Of a stretch of 64,000 bases of DNA, positions 12,690 to 25,064 are shown piece by piece. The first letter of the stretch is position 1, and each line of letters begins with the position of its first letter. The stretch is from Sarea resinae (Eukaryota), in assembly GCA_026026165.1 (NCBI GenBank), contig JAPEUD010000019.1:186001-250000 (forward strand), written 5' to 3'. A program made the translations under genes and the position numbers. Below the pieces are notes generated by a model, which was not told the origin of the DNA, did no database searches, and saw nothing but the letters and a program-made list of their open reading frames with translations.

Positions 12690-14350
12690 ATGCATTCCCT
12701 TTCGCTTTTTGCTCTCTGTTGCATCGCAACCGCAACTTCTATTGGTGCGCAGACATGGCCCAATCAGACGTTCAAGACGGTCCGCTATCAACCACCACAG
12801 CTACAGATCTCCAAGTTGGGGGAAGCTCTTGCACCGGGCTTGCTCTTCTTCACGGCCACCAGCACTGATGGGTCCGAGGAGACGGCCCCCTTGATCATGA
12901 CCGATACGGGCGAGCTGGTCTGGAACGGTCAACAGGGCAAACACGGCAATCTTTTGGTCCAGACACTGGACGGCAACAACGTCTTGTCTATGTGGCGTGG
13001 CAGCGGCTCTGCGGATACAGCTATTGCAGGCCATGGATACGGAAAGGTCGAGATCTTGGACACCACTTATACCGAGATCTATACGGTGTGCCCAGAACTC
13101 GACCTCGTCACGCCCAATAATACCAAGTATGATTGCTATGCGGATCTCCACGAGTCTTATATCACGGAGCGAGGATCGATTCTCGTCACAGCCTATAACA
13201 TTACTACGGCTGATCTCAGGTCTGTGGGCGGGCCGCGGAACGGCTGGGTCTACGATCCGATGTTCTACGAGATCGATATCAAGACCAATGAGACGCTGTT
13301 TCATTGGAGTCCAACAGCCTCGGGCATCCCAATCAATGCTACTCATCAGCCCCTCGATGGGACAGGATCGAGTCAGTCGGACCCTTTTGACTGGTTCCAT
13401 ACAAACTCCGTGCAGTCTATTGGAACCGGCTACTTGGTCAACAGTCGGCATCTGTGGACTACGTTCTTGCTGAATTCCACGGGTGGTATCAAGTGGAACA
13501 TCTCAGTATGCTCTCTCCTCGATGGCTTGAGCGTTCTATAGTTCTGACTCCATTGAAGGGCGACACAGGAGGGTCTTTTACCCTGCCCAAGCAAAACATC
13601 TTCGTGAGTCTACCCATCCCTTTCCCCATTTGGGCATCAATATCTAACTCCTTCCACCATTTTCAGTCATGGCAACACCATCCTCGGGCGCAAAACATAA
13701 CATCGACCTCGCTAGAGCTGCACTACTTCAACAACGCCAACGCTGGCCCACCCTTCAACGGCACCAGTCCAACAACGGGTCTGGAACTCTCACTCGACCT
13801 GACCAATTTCACCGTCACAGTCATCCGGAACCTCAGCGATCCCAACGACGCCCTCTACGCCGACACGCAAGGGTCCTTCACCCCGCTCTCCAACGGCAAT
13901 GTCTTCATGGGCTATGGCCAGATCCCGAAGTTCAAAGAATTCGGGCCGGACGGTGATAGCGATGTCCGCATGACCGTCACCTTCGGCGACACCAAGACGC
14001 AGTCCTACCGCGCCTATCGCGAGTCTTGGAATGCGACGCCCTCCGCTGCACCCGACGTCTATGCTGAAAACGCTACGGCGTACATGAGCTGGAACGGCGC
14101 CACAGATGTCACGAGCTGGACCGTGTACACGGGGACAGACGGGGCCGATCTCGCGACGGCTGGGTCGGTCGATCGAAGCGGCTTCGAGACTTCGTTTGGA
14201 ATCGCCGCCAATGCGACGCGCGTCAAGGTCGCTGCGTATGCAGGGGATGTCTTTTTACGTAATTCGTCGGTCGTACTTGTGAATGGGGGTCATAATTCGA
14301 CGGCGAATACTAGTAGTGCTGCTGTTAGCCGCCGCTGGAGGAGAGGTTAA
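12690..14350 (+). CDS. Secreted arylsulfotransferase-family (ASST / Arylsulfotran_2) protein (~514 aa)
   Basis: Exons 12690-13505, 13559-13603, 13667-14350, in frame. Signal peptide MHSLSLFALCCIATATSIGA. Family motifs DLHESYIT, DWFHTNSV, YLVNSRH, SWQHHPR, SYRAYR, YMSWNGAT, GFET. Confidence 0.9.
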
Positions 14351-15609
14351 GTAATTGGCTCTTTCCTTACTTGACTTGGAGAACCCGGTGAGTGTTCTCT
14401 GGGTAGCTAACGTAGCGTAGCTGCGTAAGACACTGTTCATACTCTTTGTTCTACTATCAAAAATTCATCATAGAATCTATACTCAATCACCTCATCTCTC
14501 CTTTGATTACTCACAAAGCACTGTCTTGTTAGCAACCAAAATCAAGACGCTACAACCATCCATCCGGAATCTGGCCCTCTATTCCTTCCACACTCAAGAG
14601 ACATTACTATTCACGCAACCGAAACAGAGGCCCTTCTAGGGTGCTACCGCTTTGGCTCGCAGATCTCGATAATGCTTAACGTACCTCTGTGTGTTCCCCA
14701 GCCCCGTCTTTTCAGGAGTCCTTTATATCTGTCTCCCTCATCTTGACTCAATTTCGCAGATCCGGGCTTTTCACTTTATATTGACACCAATGCTACAAGA
14801 ACAGCAACAGTGCCAATAGTGACGATATGGAGATATACTTACTCTCTGCCATCCCTCTTTTCCCCTTTGCTATAGGAAGTGCTCTTGGCTTAAGACAAGG
14901 AGAATTATAGAACCGCCTGGAGAAAATACAAGAGAGTGAGAGGAGAGTTATTAGACGGCTGAAAGAGCTATAACCAACTAACTACACAGCTCTCTTCCTA
15001 ATCTTTCCGCCGCTATCCTATCCTACACTCTTCTATCTCTATACTATCCTGCAGAATGCCAGCACATAGCAGAACAAAGCCAACTACCTTTCAGTGAACA
15101 GGATAGCACAACCTACGTAAGAAAGAAGCCTAATCCCTTCTAGACAACAAAGGCTATTGTGTAGTAACAATGAATTGTTCAGCTGACAGAATAATAGAAC
15201 AAAGACTGCACGGTATAAATTTGCTACTAAGCAAACACAACATGGTTGACACTCTCAGCACCTAACAAAGAAAGACAAAGAGTATTACTCGACATTGTCG
15301 ATTCCTGAACAGATCTATGAACTCCCTCTCTTCTTCCTTCCAGTCATTGGCTCTTGTCGAGGGCGGCCCTGTTCAGGTAATCCTGCCAAGGGGGATCTTG
15401 TTCAGCGGAAGCATAAATCCCCCCCCCTCTCCTCCTTTTTCTCTCCGTATCTAAAATTTGATCAAATCAGTCTTCGAATACCAAACTCCAGCGCTTTTTG
15501 TTCCCTGATCTCTGCTTTCTGTCCCAGTGCTAACACTATACCAGTTACCAACCCCAAATCCACTTTTCTTTTGTCCACTTCGCCTTCAACCACCAACACA
15601 TACTCCAAT

Positions 15610-16338
15610 ATGTGCTTCGGCTACTACCGCGTCTATGCCGGTTGCCACCACATATTCGACCAAGTGATTACCTGCGAATGCTATGATGGCTATGATGAGC
15701 ACACAGGGTTGTGCAACACGGGCGATCTCTACGAAGAGGATCCCCCGCTCGAGCTCGATCCGGCGGAAATCGAATGTCCGCTCTGTGGCGGTGATCAGGG
15801 GCAGGATGGGCTGCGTATGTTGCTAGATGACACGGAGCTTTCGGACGATGAAGAGGAGAATAGAGAAAAGGGAGAGGATGAAGAAGAAGGTGCGTATGCT
15901 TCCGGAGAGCCCAATACCGTCGCCCAAGCTCAGGCTTTCCAACAGGCCCAGGCCCTGGCCCACCAGCCGGCCCAAGGAGAACCCGATCAAGACATGCTTG
16001 CACCCGAGGAAGATTATGGAGAAGCGGAAGAGGAAGTGGAAGAGGAAGATGACTACACTCACATCGAGAACGTAGTCTTCGCGCAAGCCCAAGCGATCCA
16101 ACAAGCCTACAACACCAACCAATTCGAAGTCGAGGTCCACCAACTAGCCTACGAGCCAACCGCAGAAGTAGAAGCAATCGAACAGGAGATCCTCGCGCGC
16201 CAGGAGCGTCGACGTGTCTTTCTTGCCAATTCGAACTATCACATGTCGCGCGGCCGGCAGATCCAGAATGCTGAACGCCGCTTTGTCAGGCAGGTCGTGC
16301 GTGATATTCGACGGCAGATGAGGCCGAGGGGTCGTTGA
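15610..16338 (+). CDS. Small 'MC' Cys/His putative zinc-binding protein, copy C, with acidic linker and basic tail (242 aa)
   Basis: MCFGYYRVYAGCHH-x9-C-x10-C-x20-CPLC. The first ATG is at 15610; the ORF track's TTG at 15295 is unlikely to be used. Confidence 0.8.
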   Translation: MCFGYYRVYAGCHHIFDQVITCECYDGYDEHTGLCNTGDLYEEDPPLELDPAEIECPLCGGDQGQDGLRMLLDDTELSDDEEENREKGEDEEEGAYASGEPNTVAQAQAFQQAQALAHQPAQGEPDQDMLAPEEDYGEAEEEVEEEDDYTHIENVVFAQAQAIQQAYNTNQFEVEVHQLAYEPTAEVEAIEQEILARQERRRVFLANSNYHMSRGRQIQNAERRFVRQVVRDIRRQMRPRGR

Positions 16339-16859
16339 CTTCCTCAAGGCCGACGACGCTTTTGAGGCTTGTAAATATTTTTGCTGATCGTTAGTAGGTA
16401 GGTACAGCTGGCTGGCCTGACCGATTGAGTGGATCGGAGATGCTTGAGAACACGAAAAAGGAGATCAATGACATTGACAACGTCGACTGGAATCGACGCC
16501 GACGCAATACCGATGCGAATTCTGCAGGCGCACAAGCAAGCCTGACGAAGAGCGAGAATCCTCGCGAACCGGAATATCACCCCAAGGAAAGACGAACGCA
16601 GGTGAGAGATCTCTATCTTAGCGCTTGCGCACACGCACATGTCTACCCCTTTCCTTTTTTACTAACCACAGCCACGACGGCAACCAACCACCATTTTCGT
16701 TTGTGGTTCTCTGCTACCTCCCTTTCCCTTTCCCTTCCCCTTCCTTTCCCTCTGCCCCCTGCTCCAGACCTCTGACCCCACAATACACAACCCCTAAGCT
16801 GGCTTAAGGGCGTTAGAAAGGGCTCGAAAGAGGAACGCTGTCTCTGTTATTCTGGCTTT

Positions 16860-17300
16860 ATTTTAAACTTCACACTCCTTTGGCTGCTTTTCCTTTGTTC
16901 TTCGCTTCACGCTTCTTTGGTTGCTTTTCTTTTGATCTTCTATCTCCACTTTCCTTTTGCCTTTCCTTCCTCTTTCGGTCTACTTTCCTCTGTCTTTCCT
17001 TTGGCTTTCCTTTCTACTCCTTTCTACTCCTTTCACTTTCCTTTTCCTTTTTCTAAACCCCTACTTTCCTTTCCTCTTTTCCTTCCTCTTTCGGTCTACT
17101 CTCCTTCCACTTTTCCCTTGTCTTTCCTTCCTTTTCCTTTTCCTTTTTTTCCTTTTCCTCTACTTTCGTTTTCCCTTCCCTTGCTCTTTTAGTCTACTTC
17201 TACGCTCACTTTCCTTTCCTTTCCTTTGTTGCCCTGAACCCTCTCTTTCTCTTCCTCTATCCTATCTATATACCCCTCTGCTCTCTCTCTCTCTAGAGGC
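16860..17300. repeat. Long polypyrimidine (CT-rich) low-complexity tract
   Basis: About 440 bp that is almost entirely C/T on the + strand (ttcctttcc-type units). Confidence 0.85.
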
Positions 17301-18622
17301 AGTCCTCTCTTATACCTAGACACATCTACATATCTACACGCCTACTCCTACGCCTACTTGTAGTCTAGTCTACTATGTCTAGTCATACATATATATATAT
17401 ATATACAAGTATCACGTTCCCTACCCCTATATCCCTCTCTTTTCCCTTTCCTAGTCTATCCTCTCTCTATTCCCTCTCTTCTATGTGTATCCTGTATCCT
17501 GTATCTTATATCCTGTATCCTACATCCTACACCCTACATCCTCCTATCCCGCATCCCCTATCCCGTATCTCAGTAGCCAGCCAAACCGCTAGACTAGCTT
17601 ACTAAACTAACTAAACTAACTAAACAACCTCTACCTCTTCTCTCTCATAAGCTAAGCCTTATAAACTACGCCCTTGTTGCCTTATCTTACTGTTTCTTAA
17701 GGCTGTTAATAGGTTAGGATAGATATAGGCACTGTAGGTAAGTAGGCAAGGGAGTAGATTAGTAAGGTAAAGTAAGTAGGTAGGTAGGTAAGAGAGTAGA
17801 TAGGTAAGTAAGTGAGTAAGCAAGCAAGCAAGCAAGCAAATAAACACGGTAAAAAACAAACAAACCACCCCCCCTCTTTACCCACCTAATCAATCAACCA
17901 CTAAAACAGCAGCGCTTAAGACTCTCTCTCTCTCTCTCTTTTTGTAGAATAGAGAAGAAGTGTAGGATAACTATTCAAACAGTGAAACTTAACGGCAAAA
18001 GAGAAGAGATTGTTTTATCGATACAACAACTGTTAGACACTAACACTAACTCTACTACTACTGACTACTACTACAGATAATATCATTCTAAGTGTGCTGC
18101 AATTGCAGCGTCTAGATAGATGATTTAAATGACGATTTCGTTTGATAGTAATGGAATATAATCTTGGTGCGTGCGTGCGTACGTGCGTTATAATCTTCGT
18201 TTTTCTCTGTTTTAGATAGAGGTTAGAGGCTAGAGAGATGGATCTGAACGAAGTGAGCTGAGAGCATTTGTATGTAGGTAGGTAGGTATGTTTGTATACA
18301 TGGCTAGTTCTAGACAGATGCAGAGAGACACACGGAGAAAGAGAGAGAGAGAGAGAGATGGATGGAGGGAGAGAGATGCGACTATACATATACCGTGAAC
18401 AGGTGCGAAATACCATGCATGCATCTTTTATACTATGCTGTAACTTATCATATCAAATCAGAAAACACCATCGTCATCGTCATCGTTATCGTCAATGTCC
18501 AAATCCGCACGCCCTCCAGCCAAGAAGGAAAGATATCCAGCCAAGCACAATGAATCTTAGTCCTCGCAGGGAGGAGGGATAAGAGGGAGAAAAAAAGAGA
18601 ATTCAACATGAGCAGAGCTCAC

Positions 18623-20362
18623 TCACGAAACTATGACCCACCCCACCACCACACAGACTGCCACAAAACTCCATCCACCTCCGATCAAACTGACGCGCCC
18701 ATCAGCCGCACTCTTGCCAGGCGCGATCTTGCCCACCGTCGCCCCCGCACTCCCACCACTCACCGTAGCCGTACAACTGCCCCCACACGCATAATCCTTT
18801 GGACAGCAGCCTCCTCCCTGAGCCGACGCGCAGCTGGCCCATCCAGATGCACAAGAGCCGCCGGACGCCGTTGTCGTAGAGCTAGCAGTAGCAGAAGCAG
18901 AAGCAGAAGCAGAAGCAGAGGCAGAGGATGAGGACGAGGAGGGAGTGGAGCCGCCAGAGGTACCCGAGACGGTGGTAGTGTCGCTACCCCCTGCTGTAGG
19001 CGCGACTATGGTGATGCCGTTGCTGTTGACGACGGAGGTGCTGGCTGTGGTCGGGCAGGAGGTGGTGTCGCAATTGCGGCCAACTCGGCAACAGCCACCG
19101 AGATAGTACGCCGAGCACATGTAGAATCCAGTTGGGCAGACAGAGCCCGTTGACGAGCTTTCCCCTGAGGTAGGCCGCACAGGTGGGACGACGGTCCCTG
19201 TTGTGGTCGTTGACACGGAGGAAAGAGGTGGGCAATTTTTAGGACCACAGGCTCGGTCCGTGGGACAGCATCCACCGCCCAATGAGGCAGGGCAGGACCG
19301 GTACGAGGCACTACAGGTCAAGCTTCTGGGTGGGGGTGTGGTAGATGAGGAGGGGGTGGTTGATGCCATGGTCGTTGTGGAGGTTGATAGTGGGATGCTG
19401 GTGGAGGTTGAGGAAGGGGTTATGATTACGGGAGGAACCGTGGAAGAAGAGGATGAGGCCACCGATGAAGATGACGTCGTTATTGAAGTTGAAGTAAGGG
19501 AAGAGGGCGATTGGGTGACTGTTGCCGTGCTTGCGGTGACGACGGTTGTGACGGTGGCGTTTACGGCACCTAGGACGAGAGATTACGTCAAAGAATATTC
19601 AACAATAGGATGTTAGGTTCATTACTCACAGCCAATATCATCACACCCATAATTTGGTATGCAACAACCCCCACCAGGATTATTCGGGCAATCGCTATAT
19701 CCCGGCTGGCAGCTCTCCACCTGCCCCGAGCACGATTGACCTTGAGCGCAGCATCCAACGTCTCCAAGCCCCGTGTCGGTGATGAGCTGGCACGTTTCGC
19801 CCTGGGCGCAGCAGCTGTTAGGACGGCCGACTGAAGTGCAGCTCTCTGTCCCAGCAGGACATTGGAAAGCGCGCTTTGACAGGACTGCTCGCGGCATAAA
19901 TCGGAAGAAGGGTTGTTGTTGTGAGAGTTGCTCATCACTATGGAGAAGGAATGGCGGCAGGAAAGGTAGTGAGACTGATCCATTTGGGCTTTCGGAGGGC
20001 TGAGCCACAGCCGTCCACCGCGGTCGTAGACTAGCAGCCACACTCTGACCACTTAAATTCAGAAAGCCGCCTTGTAAACCGTGATCTGCCGAATGGAGAT
20101 GCTCAAACTGCCAGTAGTCCAGGAAGAACTTCTCGCCTTCATCGTCGCTCATCTTGCGCATAGCCACTGGCACATCGGTTGCAATTCGTTGCTGGACACT
20201 CAAATGTCTCTTCACGAGTCCTTCGTCTTCGGGAAAGTATTTGACATTGGATGGTAGATTGTATGGCCATGGTCGCTCGTCGGCGGAAGTGTGCGGCGGG
20301 CAATTAGAGAGGAGCAGTAACAGCGATACGGGCAGGGCTACCAGGCTGGTTAGAGAATGCAT
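18623..20362 (-). CDS. Cys-rich, Ser/Thr-rich secreted GPI-anchored or membrane protein (~559 aa)
   Basis: Exons 20362-19630 and 19569-18623 (GTGAGT...TAG intron, frame joins at Cys). Signal peptide, KR dibasic site before the Cys region, repeated C-x6-C-x(7-8)-CC modules (GGGCC), Ser/Thr stalks, hydrophobic C-terminus. Confidence 0.85.
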
Positions 20363-21691
20363 TGCGCTCGCCAGATATTGATGTCGCAGCGCAATGCGCA
20401 ATCAGAAATCAGGCTATGAAGGCCGTGAGGAAGTCGAGCAGTAAAGGTCGATGCGTGTGATGCTAAGGCAAAATATAGATAGAAAGCAAAGACGCAGCGG
20501 ACTACTCGATTCTCGACGCTCAAAATGCTATGCGGAGTTTTGCAGAGCTGTGCTGGAATCTGACGCATTCATAGCAATCATGCAATCGAGTAAGCTGCAT
20601 GGCTGGTTAGAGCATTGTTGAGTTAGTTTTGATCTCGCGATAAGAGAAGCAAAAGGGCGGTGGCTGGGGATCTGCCACCCGCATTAGATCTGCTGGCATC
20701 CGTGAGTCGCAGCCCATGCCTAAGGACATACCAAGGCAGTAAAAGCCCAGATTCATAGATAATTAGTCACGATCCATGTCAATCAAACAGATCAGTCGTG
20801 TTCGATTATCATGGAGGCTGATTCCGATTATTTCCAGGGAATAGCGACAAGTATCGCCCCACGCCAATGAAGGCGTCAACACAAATGGCTCGCTAGAGTG
20901 ACGACAGTCATCCGGACAAGCTTCACCAGATGTGACCATGGCTTGACAATGATCATCTACGGTTCTGATCACAGAAAAGCATATGGCGAAATGAAAAATC
21001 AGTATTTTATCATCCACATGTTTGAAGTGCTACAAATGCCTCTCCCGTCACCCTTTCTGTGCTTTGTACGTGCACGGAGTTCGGCCCTTCATTGACCTAC
21101 CTTACTATATGAACCTACATTGCTATCAAGCTCATGTATAACCACGCGGAAAGGAATCAATGGAAGATTGGTAGTAAGATGAATTAGCAGATAAGCTACC
21201 TAGGTATAGAGACTCTAACACCGTATCGATGAAGAACATAACGAATTCACCCGAGACAACGCCTTTGATACGCCAACGCTGAAGCGCCGAATAAGAGGTG
21301 CAAAAGGAAGGCTCCAAGCCCCAGGGAGAAGTAAGTTCTGCTGCGTTAGGCGCTGCAAGCCGACAACGATGGGAATGCTCGTTCGCGCTGGGGTTTAGAC
21401 CGTAAGGCTGGCCGAGAGAAAGTAAAATGAACAGAGAATTAAGCGCCATTATGGGTATATACAATCTCGCTCCTTACCATTTCCGCGCTGTTCAGAATGT
21501 GAAAGGACGACAAGAGTATCATGCAAGAAGAGACAGAAGACTGATTATGAGAAAAAGAACGAGATATGATAAGATATGATGTTTCCTGGAGGGAAGGCGG
21601 AGAATACCTTGATCACTTATGCCTCTTCACTTGAGCCATAAAAGATAGCTTAGTTAGGGGCAACAGCGTCTCGATAAAGGTCCATTTCTCA

Positions 21692-24600
21692 CTATTCGGC
21701 GCTGGTAGCGGCCTCATTGACACCGTCCTCTCCAGCAACGCCGTTGGGACCTTCCTCAGAGTGCTCGGCCGCCTCCACAAACTCTGCATCTGGAGTCGTA
21801 TCACTGCCGCCATCATCGTCGGCGGCGGCTGGAACCTGCAATGCTTCGTCTACACCAGCAGCTGCCTGATTCGCAGCCTCTTGCTCCCTCTCTGCTGCAG
21901 CAGCAGCTCGAGCATTCATACGTTCCCAGACTTCCTTTCGGATACGTTCATCCTTGGCCTTGCGTAACCTCTCGGCCTCTTCAACTCCACCACTCTTCTT
22001 GAGTCGACCCTCTTCCACGAACGAGCCGAGCTCCTTCTGGAACTCGCCCCCACGACGACTTTCGAGCTCTTTCTGACGGGCTCGCTCTGCACGTTCGATC
22101 GCTTCTAACCTTGTCTCATGATTAGGCTGCAGTGCTTTGACCTCTCCCAGCACGCCATCTCTAGCCTTGATGGGATCGATGTCTTGATTGTCAATGCTGT
22201 TAAGACTCCGGAGATTCTGTGATGTTGATCGCATCTGTGGGTTCTGGAGGTTCTGCTGTTTCGTCGCCTGCTCGACGAGAGCAAAGGTCTGCGTCAATTT
22301 CTCCAGATCGTCTTCCAAGTCCGCAGCGAGCTCTTCTTGCATGGTCAGAAGATCACGGTCGTTGCAAACAAGTTCCAGCTCCTTTTCCCAGATCTTCGTC
22401 CAAATGGGTTTCTCCCGTTTGAGATATTCTTGCATCTTCTTGAGCTCTGTAGTGGCGCCGGAGATGTCTTTGCTGACCGTTTCTAGTTGGCGCGGCAGAG
22501 GCCGAACGCCGCGGGAGACGACGTCTTTGCGAAGATCTTCTACGAGATCTTGCAGATCGTCGACTCTATTCACAATCTTTTCAGAGTCCTCTCCAAGAGT
22601 CTTCTTGCCAACGTTGACATATGCTCGCCCTGTCTCCCCTTCTAGAGTAGGAATCACAGCACTGATGGCAGTAGTCTTCACTGAAGAAGCCTTGGAGCGA
22701 ATGGATGACATTGACGTCTCGATATCGGAAACGAAGCTCGAATAGGTCTGACGAACGACAGCAAGGTCCCGGCGAAGACTCTGAATCTCATTCAATTGAC
22801 CGGCACTATCCACCGATGCCGTCGACTGCCGCAGGCCATTCGACAAGGGAACACCAATCGTCGAGCTTCGGGTGCTTGAAGGAGGTGGGCCTGCTGCTAA
22901 GCGGGCGATCTCTTTCGCTGTTTCTTGTTGACGATCCGACACCCTTTGAATCGTCGATTGTTGATCATCAATGACAGTTCTAACGCCTTCCACTACTCGC
23001 CGCAGTCCACCAATACCGTCATCGATGTGACGTTTGACCTCATCGAGCACTTCCACGTTTAAGACGAGCACAGAGCGATCCTTGACATCCTCTAGATCTT
23101 CAAGCTCGTGACGCACACCAGAGACCGGATCCTGTATGTAGATTTCTGGGAGATCGTTGCCATTATTGTGAGTATTCCAGGCAAATTTCTCAATGAATGC
23201 CAATTGCAACCTTGCTAAGGATAGATCATTATAGCCGTCTGGAAGAATGAACTTCTTTATCTTGCTCTTGTACTGGAGGAATAGTGTGAGCTCTTTTCCC
23301 GGCATAGGAGAATGCTCTGGTACGAATGGAGGAGGCTGTGCCGATGTTGATGGTGCATTCAACCGTGTGTCATCTTGGGATGTCTGCGAGATCTGCCGTG
23401 CGACATCCTCGGTCCGGAGCTGCGTCCTTACATTTTTCACCCTGTCTTCGGCTTCCGCGTTGAAAGCAGCAGCATCGCCAACCGAATCGGCAGCAGATTT
23501 GTGGACAGCCGTCTCGACTCCGGGATCTTCACTGATACCGACATCAAGGTACGATGACCTAAGCTTATCCTCTGGTGTTTTGGGAATTGGACTACCCTCG
23601 GGTTCATTCTCAGGTGGCGGCTGAAAGGATGGACCATTTGAGAGCCCTTCTTCTGAAATGCGCTCCGAAACAGTTGCAGCCCTGTTCGGAGAGGTCTCCG
23701 CAGCAAAGCGGTTTGTCGAGCGTTGTCGATTGTGAAGAAACGATCCTCTTGTGCGGACAGCGTTCATAGACTCTCGGACATCACGACCTCGGTTGGGTAT
23801 AGGAGAATTTTGCGAGGGTGGAAGCATAGGCACTCCATTCGGCGAAGCTCCAAGATGCTTAGATATCTGGTAAGCTGAGAATCGTTTTGATGCTCGTCTT
23901 TCCAAGTCACCGCCACGTTGTAAAGCTGCTAGAGCATCTTGCTGTTTGGGCGGTAGAGGAGGCGGGGGGAATGAGGCCACGGAGTCGGAGAGCGGTTCCG
24001 ATATGGCGGGAATTTGCTCTTGCTGCTGATATGGCGCGAGTGTGGGTACATTTTGCATTGCATTGCCTGATGATGAATTCGTGGACTGATGAGCTGGTTG
24101 CGAGATCCCACGGTTTGATGAAGTCCGTCCACCAGGCCCTGATGGAGGCATACTGTCTTGCCGCACAGGTGAGACTCTTCGACTGGCAGCAGAAGAACCC
24201 CGTGGTGGTAGACCCTTTTCGTCGTCGAAGCTGCTCGCTCCGCTACCCTGTCGCCGCGCTTGATGCTGGTGATTCGAATGTTGGGCTTGCGTTTCGTCTA
24301 ACATCTGGCCCAAGCCACCTTCACCACTCCCGATGCTGCCGATGCTTCCTTGCCTCATACCGATTCCGTTACTTGAGGAAGAGCTGCCCTCTCTCATTCC
24401 TCTTTGCCGCAGTTTCTGCTGCTTTCGCTTCAACCCATGTAGTAGATTGATAATGATATCTCTTATGCGCGGTAGGTAACGGTCTAGACTTGCGCGACTT
24501 GCATCTTGACTCAGCGTGTCCTCGAGAATTGCACGCAATAAATCTGGGACTGGGCCGAGGTCAGCAGTCTCGACCCCGATTGCGGTGAACGCCCTGCATG

Positions 24601-25064
24601 CTATGTTGAACTCATAGCCCAATCTAACATAGACGTCTGAAACCTCTGCTTCGGTAGCATTGTGTCGGGACCATTGCGTGAGTGTCTCTAGCAGTTGTTT
24701 GGTTGCAATCAGTAGATGTGTGACGCTCTTCTCTATCTGGGAGAGTTGCTGTTGCGGTTGCTGTCCATCCGACGTCAGCAACTCGCACCTGAAGTCATTG
24801 TGCTCCGTCCGAGTGATCGGAGACTCTCTGAGGGAACCTCTCAAGAACCGAACCAAGCAGACTAACGGATCTACTCACATTTTGCCTCCTCTGAGGAGGT
24901 GATTTTGCTGATCCAGATGAGTTCCTCGGTGCTTGAGAATCTAGAAGTGAGGCGCTGGCCATGTTTCCTGACGATGTCGAAGGACGAGGAGTCGATGGCA
25001 GACCGGCATCAGGAGCGGGAGACCTCCTCTGCATCGGCCTCTGCGAGCCCTGGGGGGCCTGCAT
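21692..25064 (-). CDS. BUD6: Actin-interacting protein 3 / bud site selection protein 6 (polarisome component), ~1084 aa
   Basis: Exons 25064-24879 and 24760-21692. Motifs IEKSVTHLLIATKQLLETLTQW, LFLQYKSKIKK, LQLAFIEKF, VDDLQDLVEDLRKDV, EKPIWTKIWEKEL. Confidence 0.93.

Noticed and set aside
14950..15067. Minus-strand MCWHSAG*Y as another MC relic
   Set aside because: No following C-x-H or CxxC; MC-x6-Y alone also arises by chance (e.g. at 17483 in a repeat).
15295..15609. TTG-started extension of MC copy C
   Set aside because: Bacterial-style start call over promoter/5'UTR sequence; the first ATG is at 15610.
24761..24856. ORF-track N-terminus of BUD6 (MVRFLRGS...)
   Set aside because: Lies inside the intron 24878-24761; the real start is 25064.
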